DNA from: Anthoceros angustus
Taxonomy: Eukaryota; Plantae; Anthocerotophyta
DNA length: 64,000 nt
Assembly: GCA_010909165.1 (NCBI GenBank)
Contig: VJWM01000218.1
Span: 186,001-250,000, forward strand
Reading direction: 5' to 3'
The position numbers were made by a program, and so were the translations under genes. Positions 56,733 to 64,000 of this stretch are shown one piece after another. How positions within the stretch are numbered: position 1 is the stretch's first letter; the number at the start of each line of letters is the position of its first letter. The notes under the pieces were generated by a model. The model saw only the letters and a list, made by a program, of their open reading frames with translations. It was not told where the DNA came from and ran no database searches.

Positions 56733-56742
56733 TTCACGTGAA
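56733..56742. promoter_or_regulatory. Palindromic G-box TTCACGTGAA preceded by GCCAAT
   Basis: gccaattcacgtgaaccggatttaaagg is conserved in most units. Confidence 0.4.
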
Positions 56743-56953
56743 CCGGATTTAAAGGATGCCGTGGTTGCTCGACTATCGGCGATTCTTCAAGAAAGAAATG
56801 GAATTTTTGAGTGTCCACTTCAATACATGTCTTGTGAAATGCAACTTGATACAAAGTTTATTACAATCGATTGTATTATACATGTGAAGTCAACTTTCAC
56901 GGTCCACCCTAGGCAAGGTCTAAAACCCCAACATTTTGTACGCTTATGTTGCG

Positions 56954-57423
56954 TTATAAATCGCTTAGGTAGGCCGGGCTGGTACCATGTGGAAGATGGG
57001 AAACGAGTTTGTCATCTTCAAGTTCAAAGGACGCCTACAAAGAGGACATTGGCTCCTCCATGTTCCACCCATTCATCAATACATGTCTTGTGAAATGTGG
57101 GAGCACCTTGATAATTGTCGCTTCCTCATCACCTTGAAATCGTTAAGGCATATGCTGCAATCGCTCTCCGTTCTTGACAGTGATGATTCGAAACTCATCG
57201 GGATACTCAATACCGTTTGGCGCGATGACATAGCAATCAACACTCTAGTTTCTTGTCGAGTGACATTGAGAAAGTCGGAAGTGGAAGAGGGGTCACCGGT
57301 TGCGCAGATGGAGATCCAAAGAGCGACGCGTGACAACGTTGAGAACGCCACATTGATGCCACGAACTAATGACTTTGCCAAAGCCACCGTACTCAAACGC
57401 AAATCAACAATGAGTACGCGCAT
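56954..57423 (-). CDS. RING-H2 gene, copy 42
   Basis: ORF 57076..57423: MRVLIVDLRLSTVALAKSLVRGINVAFSTLSRVALWISICATGDPSSTSDFLNVTRQETRVLIAMSS...ESDCSICLNDFK...CSH. Confidence 0.75.
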
Positions 57424-58323
57424 TGATCCTAGATTGTGGAGGTGCGCAGATGTGAAACCACCGACACCTAGTGAGCTTCCTTTCCCACCGTGATACCTTT
57501 GTATGGGCAGTGCTACATTTTATAGAGCCATTGTAGGAGATGCCAAATCCAAAGGCCAAGGAATGTTGCAATCAAACACCGAGTGGTTCGCACTAAAGTA
57601 AGACAAATGGTATCGAGAGCCAAGGAACGATTCCAATATTTCCAAATGAGGGGATCGACACCGGCAACACATTGAGGATGGCACCGGATTGGCGGTCCGC
57701 ACCCCGTTCCGCGATGAGTATGCGCCCGCCACGTGGCCAAGTGAATTGCGAATTGCGTGAGGTTGTTGACTTGCCCGATACACGAGGTGCCGGGCGATAG
57801 CGGACGGCCAACCCGGTAATGTTTGGTTAAGTCGAATTTGGTGCTCGCCCGGAAGATGAGGCATCGCTCACAAGCCACGCCGGTAGGCACGCCGTGCACT
57901 CATGACTCCGGTGCCGATGGTGCGTCGGGACTCCCGACCGCGAATCGTCAACTTACCGGCGCACGGGAATACGCGTGCGGTTGGCCGACGCCTCGGCGCC
58001 GGACTCGGTCAACGACGGACGCTACGGGCGCGCGCAAGGTTGCATCATTTGGCACTCGGTCGGCCGACCCGACCCAACGACCAGATCGCCGCGACGCCAA
58101 TTCACGTGAACCGGATTTAAAGGATGCCGTGGTTGCTCGACTATCGGCGATTCTTCAAGAAAGAAATGGAATTTTTGAGTGTCCACTTCAATACATGTCT
58201 TGTGAAATGCGCAACTTGATACAAAGTTTATTACAATCGATTGTATTATACATGTGAAGTCAACTTTCACGGTCCACCCTAGGCAAGGTCTAAAACCCCA
58301 ACATTTTGTACGCTTATGTTGCG

Positions 58324-58787
58324 TTATAAATCGCCTAGGTCTCAGGCCGGCTGGTACCATGTGGAAGATGGGAAACGAGTTTGTCATCTTCAAGTTCAAA
58401 GGACGCCTACAAAGAGGATTGGCTCCTCCATGTTCCACCCATTCATCAATACATGTCTTGTGAAATGTGTGGAGCACCTTGATAATTGTGCCGCTCTCAT
58501 CCTTGAAATCGTTAAGGCATATCGCAATCGCTCTCGTTCTTGACAGTGATGATTCGAAACTCATCGGGATACCCCCAATACCGCTTGGTGATGACATAGC
58601 AATCAACACTCTAGTTTCTTGTCGAGTGACATTGAGAAAGTCGGAAGTGGAAGAGGGGTCACCGGTTGCGCAGATGGAGATCCAAAGAGCGACGTGACAA
58701 CGCGTTGAGAACGTCACATTGATGCCACGAACTAATGACTTTGCCAAAGCCACCGTACTCAAACGCAAATCAACAATGAGTACGCAT
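58324..58787 (-). CDS. RING-H2 gene, copy 43
   Basis: ORF 58022..58768 spans the N-terminus through the RING finger. Confidence 0.72.
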
Positions 58788-59721
58788 TGATCCTAGATTG
58801 TGGAGGTGCATTGTAGATGTGAAACCACCGACACCTAGTGAGCTTCCTTTCCTCTTGTGATACCTTTGTATGGGCAGTGCTACATTTTATAGAGCCATTG
58901 TAGGAGATGCCAAATCCAAAGGCCAAGGAATGTTGCAATCAAACACCGAGTGGTTCGCACCAAAGTAAGACAAATGGTATCGAGAGCCAAGGAACGATTC
59001 CAATATTTCCAAATGAGGGGATCGACACCGCGGCAACACATTGAGGATGGCACCGGATTGGCGGTCCGCACCCGGTTCCGCTGCTGATGATGAGTATGCA
59101 GTCTGCCACGTGGTGGCCAAGTGAATTGCGGAATTGCGTGAGGTTGTTGACTTGCCCGATACACGAGGTGCTGGGCGATAGCGGGACGGTCAACCCGGGG
59201 TAATGTTTGGTTAAGTCGAATTTGGTGCTCCTGCCCGGAAGATGAGGCATCGTTCACAAGCCACGTCGGTAGGCACGGCTGCCGGTGCACTCATGACTCC
59301 CGGGTGCCGATGGTGCGTCGGGACTCCGACCCCTCGCGAACTTACCGGCGCACTCGGGAATACGCTGCCGGTTGGCCGACGCCTCGGGCGCCGGACTCCG
59401 GCCTGACCAACGACGGACGCTTGGCGCGGCGCCGCAAGGTTGCATCATTTGGCACTCGGTTCGTCGAATCGACCCAACGACGGATCGCTCGCGGGCCAAT
59501 TCACGTGAACCGGATTTAAAGGATGCCGTGGTTGCTCGACTATCGGCGATTCTTCAAGAAAGAAATGGAATTTTTGAGTGTCCACTTCAATACATGTCTT
59601 GTGAAATCGCAACTTGATACAAAGTTTATTACAATCGATTGTATTATACATGTGAAGTCAACTTTCACGGTCCACCCTAGGCAAGGTCTAAAACCCCAAC
59701 ATTTTGTACGCTTATGTTGCG

Positions 59722-60193
59722 TTATAAATCGCCTAGGTCTCAGGCCGGCCGGTACCATGTGGAAGATGGGAAACGAGTTTGTCATCTTCAAGTTCAAAGG
59801 ACGCCTACAAAGAGGACAGTTGGCTCCTCCATGTTCCACCCATTCATCAATACATGTCTTGTGAAATGTGTGGAGCACCTTGATAATTGTCGCTTCCTCA
59901 TCACCTTGAAATCGTTAAGGCATATGTCGCAATCGCTCTCCGTTTCTTGACAGTGATGATTGAAACTCATCGGGATACCCCCAACATTGCTTGGGCGCTG
60001 ATGACATAGCAATCAACACTCTAGTTTCTTGTCGAGTGACATTGAGAAAGTCGGAAGTGGAAGAGGGGTCACCGTTGCGAGATGGAGATCCAAAGAGCGA
60101 CGTGACAACGTTGAGAACGCCACATTGATGCCACGAACTAATGACTTTGCTAAAGCCACCGTACTCAAACGCAAATCAACAATGAGTACGCAT
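59722..60193 (-). CDS. RING-H2 gene, copy 44
   Basis: ESDCDICLNDFK and HTFHKTCIDEWVEHGGANCPLCRRPL fragments. Confidence 0.7.
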
Positions 60194-61112
60194 TGATCCT
60201 AGATTGTGGAGGTGCTGCTTGTAGATGTGAAACCACCGACACCTAGTGAGCTTCCTTTCCTCTTGTGATACCTTTGTATGGGCAGTGCTACATTTTATAG
60301 AGCCATTGTAGGAGATGCCAAATCCAAAGGCCAAGGAATGTTGCAATCAAACACCGAGTGGTTCGCACCAAAGTAAGACAAATGGTATCGAGAGCCAAGG
60401 AACGATTCCAATATTTCCAAATGAGGGATCGACACCGCGGCAACACATTGAGGATGGCACCGGATTGGCGGTCCGCACCGGTTCAGCTGCGATGATGAGT
60501 ATGCACCGCCACGGTGGCCAAGTGAATTGCGGAATTGCGTGAGGTTGTTGACTTGCCCGATACACGAGGTCTTTGGGCGATAGCGGACGGCCAACCCGGG
60601 TAATGTTTGGTTAAGTCGAATTTGGTGCTCCCGCCGGAAGATGAGGCATCGCTCACAAGCCACGTCGGTAGGCACGGCCGCCGGCACTCATGACTCCGGG
60701 TGCCGATGGTGCGTCGGGACTCCGACCCCTCGCGAACTTACCGCGCACTCGGGAATACGCGTGCGGTTGGCCGACGCTCTGGCGCCGGACTCCGGCCCGG
60801 ACGGAACGACGGACGCTTGCGCGGCGCCGCAAGGTTGCATCATTTGGCACTCGGTTCGTCGAACCGACCCAACGACGATCGCGACGCCAATTCACGTGAA
60901 CCGGATTTAAAGGATGCCGTGGTTGCTCGACTATCGGCGATTCTTCAAGAAAGAAATGGAATTTTTGAGTGTCCACTTCAATACATGTCTTGTGAAATCG
61001 CAACTTGATACAAAGTTTATTACAATCGATTGTATTATACATGTGAAGTCAACTTTCACGGTCCACCCTAGGCAAGGTCTAAAACCCCAACATTTTGTAC
61101 GCTTATGTTGCG

Positions 61113-61202
61113 TTATAAATCGCCTAGGTCTGTGCTGGCTGATACCATATGGAAGATGGGAAACGAGTTTGTCATCTTCAAGTTCAAAGGATGTCTACAA
61201 AG
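61113..61202 (-). pseudogene. Terminal truncated copy 45 (last 29 codons + stop only)
   Basis: Reads in frame as LCRHPLNLKMTNSFPIFHMVSASTDLGDL*; homology is lost beyond ~61203. Confidence 0.8.
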
Positions 61203-61398
61203 AAGAATGTTCAGGTTACCGGGTTACATGAATCACGTTCAAAGATCACTACTAGGATGTTGTGCTTTACTCGAACTCTCCTTAACTCGCTTATGCATTC
61301 CTATTGTTCTCGGCTCCTAGTACACTACATACATTCTTGACCATACGGCGTGTCTCCACTTATGGTCGGGTCACGGGTCACTGCTGAGATGGAGATGA

Positions 61399-61409
61399 TT
61401 TTTTTTTTT
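61399..61409 (-). other. T11 tract, possibly the poly(A) tail of a minus-strand retro-insertion
   Basis: 11 consecutive T at the border between array-derived sequence and unrelated sequence. Confidence 0.35.
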
Positions 61410-61460
61410 GAAGTTTGGCACTGGGATTTTGATTTGATAGTTTTCAAGTATGTTATCGTG

Positions 61461-61557
61461 TGTTTGATGCAACTACATACATACATGGTGCCATCGTATG
61501 TTTGATGCCAACTACATACATACTTGGTGCCATCGAATGTTTGATGCCAACTACATT
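61461..61557. repeat. ~39-bp tandem repeat, ~2.5 copies
   Basis: tgtttgatgc(c)aactacatacatac(a/t)tggtgccatcg(t/a)a repeated. Confidence 0.85.
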
Positions 61558-61630
61558 AGAAACAATAGGATGGGAGTGTGTTCACGTCTTTGAGACAAGT
61601 GTAGCTAAGAAAATCGTCCTCGTTTTCATT

Positions 61631-61700
61631 GGTGGAGAGTGGTGTTCCTTCTTGTGGAGAGTGGTGGTGCTCCAACCTGTGGAGAGTTGTGTTCCTTCCT
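61631..61700. repeat. Degenerate ~22-24-bp repeat, 3 copies (gtggagagt core)
   Basis: gtggagagtggtgttccttc / gtggagagtggtggtgctcc / gtggagagttgtgttccttc. Confidence 0.65.
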
Positions 61701-62254
61701 GTGTAGGACCTATCTTGGGAGTGGTTTGCTGAGGCGGTGCTCTCTTCGCTCGCGTATCTATATATTCAATCTTGATGTATGTGAGCTCCACTATATTCAA
61801 ATATCATATATCCATCACAAAGCGTCTATGCTATGTCATCGAGGGCAATGATCTTGGCTAGGGCTCCTCTATCCTCAAGATGTTAAGCCTTATATATCAA
61901 GGGAGCATATGAACTTATTATTTAAAGACCGGAGGATCTTTGTGTTGGCGAGAACTAGGGGTTGAAACCCTCGGTGGAATATGTGCCGTCGTTGGCGGAT
62001 AAATTGAAGATCCGAAGGCATAGAACCTTTTGAGGATAAAGTGAAGATTGACAAGGCATGGTACATCTTGGGTGACATGCGTTCTTAAGCTATATGGAAT
62101 GAGCCAATGGTTGGGAAGATATTTTCACATTCGAATCGAGGTGAAGATAAGGGATGTTATCCAATTACAAGCTCATTATATTGGCGCTTTGAGTGCAGTG
62201 CTACTGTGATTACATGTGCGAGGAGTTAATCTTATATATATTGGCTACTTGGAG

Positions 62255-62505
62255 GCTAGGCCCTAGATGTTACTGAGTGTTATGCCCTAGGTGTTGCGTT
62301 TGAATGCTAGGCCCTAGATGTTGGTGAGTGTTATGCCCTAGGTGTTGCGGTGATCTGGGCCCTAGATGTTGCGATTCGATGTTATGCCCTAGATGTTGCG
62401 GTTGAGTGTTATGCCCTAGGTGTTGCGGTGAATGCTAGGCCCTAGATGTTGCGGTTGAGTGTTATGCCCTAGGTGTTGCGGTTGCTAGGCCCTAGATGTT
62501 TGCGA
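62255..62505. repeat. Minisatellite of ~26-bp monomers (10 GCCCTAG cores) mostly alternating A/B
   Basis: gctaggccctagatgttgcggttgagt alternates with gttatgccctaggtgttgcggtgaat. Confidence 0.9.
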
Positions 62506-62899
62506 TTGATTGATGGTTGATTGATTGTGTGATTGTTGTGAGCTCTATTACATGTTCGTGAGTCCATTTTCATCTGATTCTTTGCTTATCGCTTTTCGGT
62601 TGGGCTTCTTTCCTGAGGATCTCCGCCCGGCTTTGAGTCTTGAGTTCTGGTGTGGGCGTTAGTTTGGTGGTTGGCGGTGGTCACATGGGTTGCACCCCTC
62701 TTGGTGGGGCCCTTTGGCCGGCCTTTTGGGGTTCGCCATAGCTCAAACTCTGTATGTCCGGTCAGTGGGGTCATTTGCCCTCGGTCCCGGTACCTCTTGA
62801 CCTGTACCCTTCAAGCTGGCGTTTGCAGGCCCCGTCCCCCATCCAATGGGCGATCCACACCCTCCGTATCGAGGACACTCCTTGTCGATCATGCTCAAC

Positions 62900-64000
62900 T
62901 CTCTGCGTCAAGGGGTGAAAACTCACCTCGGGCACATGCATAAAGATTTCACCGGACTACAGGCTGCCCAAGTGCCTGCGACCTCCTCCACGTCCTGCCC
63001 GGCTTTGGCGCATAGCTTTCTCCTTGTGGTGCCTCTTTCTTCCAGGAATGGTTGCGGTCGGTGGATCACATCCTTGGGATGTTGAAACCCGCTTTCCATG
63101 TCCGCGCATCTTCCGAGCTTCCTCGGCACCTTCACGATGATGCCGTCGGCATTTCGTCTTCCCTAGATCGCCTTGCACTCGATCCGGGATGAGTTAGCTT
63201 GGTGTCTCCTCCTTCTTCTCCCGATGGTGTCTTGATTGCACTAGAGCCAGGCAAGTGAAGTTGCTAGCCGTCTTGGCGTTTGGTGGCGGTAGGCTCTTGA
63301 GGAGGCATGCGTCTTTGCCAAGTCCGGAATCACTCGGTTGGAGCAGTCTGGGTAATGCAACAAACCTCGCGCAGTTGCTTGGCAGGGTGAATATGCATGC
63401 TGCTAGGGCTCTTGACCCGTCCTCCCTCCGCTTGAAGAGACAATTGCGCCTCCTGCCTCCATCCGCCACCTAAGGATGCCATTCCCCGGACATATCCGAC
63501 TATGTCCCGGAGGATCCTTCTCCACTGGCGGCTTTTGCTCGCTCTCTCCACAACCCTCGTCTTTCATCTGCGGTTTGTCGGGAATGGTGTTCGAACACCT
63601 TAGGGACCTCTTTCTCCCGAAGATCCATCTAGCGGCTTTCGAGCTCTTTTCTCAGGCTGCTGGTGGCTCGTGGAGATGCCTCACCGGTTTATTCTTGCGG
63701 CTAGTAGGCTTGTCGCTATGGACAAGCACTTTCGGCGTCGCCCACTCGCGGTTGGGAGGCCTTCATGCGGCTACTCGGGCACTCACTGCGGTCGCTCCCT
63801 TCTCCGGACACGCCCCTTCAATTTGGCATTGCCACTCAGGCTGCAGTGCATGGTGCTAGGGGTGGCTTGCCTTGATACCCACCCGGATTGGGTAGTCTTA
63901 CGGTGGATGTCGAGAACGCCTTCAATACCATTTCGGGCGTCATCTTTGAGGAGCTTAGGGATCTTGGCGTCTAGAGTCTTATACCCTTTGTCCGGTGCTT
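62900..64000 (+). pseudogene. Reverse-transcriptase-containing ORF of the CRE-like element (multiple frameshifts as assembled)
   Basis: Same motifs; D-x-x-NAFN RT signature at ~63906-63926. Confidence 0.75.

Larger units (their letters stand above)
1..61203. repeat. Tandem array of ~1.38-kb units (44 complete + 1 partial), each with a RING-H2 gene; continues past the left edge
   Basis: The landmark AATACATGTCTTGTGAAAT(G)C..AACTTGATACAAAG recurs at ~1, 1345, 2724, 4175, 5737, 7205, 8592, 9814, 11201, 12538, 13845, 15189, 16568, 17951, 19334, 20712, 22080, 23433, 24823, 26213, 27612, 28984, 30334, 31717, 33082, 34427, 35790, 37113, 38477, 39815, 41161, 42521, 43871, 45750, 47119, 48493, 49879, 51270, 52666, 54046, 55448, 56822, 58191, 59589 and 60980. 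Homology ends at ~61203. Confidence 0.98.
62255..64000 (+). mobile_element. CRE-clade non-LTR retrotransposon, 5' portion (5' boundary uncertain; continues past the right edge)
   Basis: Motifs read across frameshifts: GEY...AARALDPSSL...LHPP (~63387-63470), CGLSGMVFEHLRD (63569-), LAASRLVAMDK..G.RPLAVG (~63694-63757), PLQFGIA (~63813-), DTHPDWVVL.VDVENAFNTIS (~63874-63935). This motif order is typical of CRE-like RT domains 0-3. Confidence 0.75.

Noticed and set aside
56795-56822. Sm-site-like AATTTTTGAG in each unit, suggesting an snRNA or spliced-leader RNA array (tempting given the nearby CRE element)
   Set aside because: No U1/U2/U4/U5 hallmark sequences, no plant USE element, and no convincing leader exon, GT donor or stem-loops around it. 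An Infernal/Rfam search would settle it.
56602-57493. Plus-strand ORFs (e.g. ...REPDLKDAVVARLS..., MKSTFTVHPRQGLKPQHF..., ...TLRKSEVEEGSP...)
   Set aside because: Antisense shadows of the RING gene and spacer, with no domain and inconsistent frames among copies.
1-61203. CRISPR-like or DGR-like system (constant blocks alternating with variable segments)
   Set aside because: The variable segments are noisy versions of one underlying sequence rather than unrelated spacers. The changes are indels at CG-rich sites, not adenine-specific. There are no cas genes, and the only RT is of non-LTR type.
1-61203. rDNA/5S or histone gene array
   Set aside because: No rRNA, tRNA or histone sequence is recognisable in the unit.
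61829-61841. 13-bp inverted match (tgctatgtcatcg) to the repeat unit
   Set aside because: Too short and isolated to distinguish from chance.
61460-62078. Short ORFs in the unique flank (61460..61732, 61582..61800, 61890..62078)
   Set aside because: They are built partly from tandem repeats and show no recognisable protein features.

Overview
Eukaryotic DNA, most likely from a land plant (inference). Positions 1-~61,203 are a head-to-tail tandem array of a ~1.38-kb unit: 44 complete units plus a truncated 45th, and the array runs off the left edge of the window. Each unit holds one complete, intronless minus-strand transcription unit. It has a GC-rich upstream spacer with G-box/CCAAT motifs, a TATA box (CTATAAAAT), an ATG (MRVLIVDLR...), a ~160-aa ORF, a stop (...DLGDL*) and an AATAAA. 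The ORF ends in a C3H2C3 RING-H2 finger, reconstructed as CxICLNDFKVDEEARQLSRCSHTFHKTCIDEWVEHGGANCPLC, with RHA1/BRH1-like spacing. Almost every copy is frameshifted as written. The indels cluster at CG/CCG/CWG-dense spots and become rarer from left to right, which looks more like methylation-linked long-read consensus error than true decay. The hundreds of short ORFs in the track are therefore fragments or shadows of one repeated gene. Each unit also carries a second copy of a 22-nt piece of the RING core just past the poly(A) signal. Unit 33 has a ~490-bp internal duplication, and the terminal copy is CpG-depleted. To the right of the array are a poly(T) tract, three minisatellites and the 5' part of a frameshifted CRE-clade non-LTR retrotransposon whose RT region runs off the right edge.
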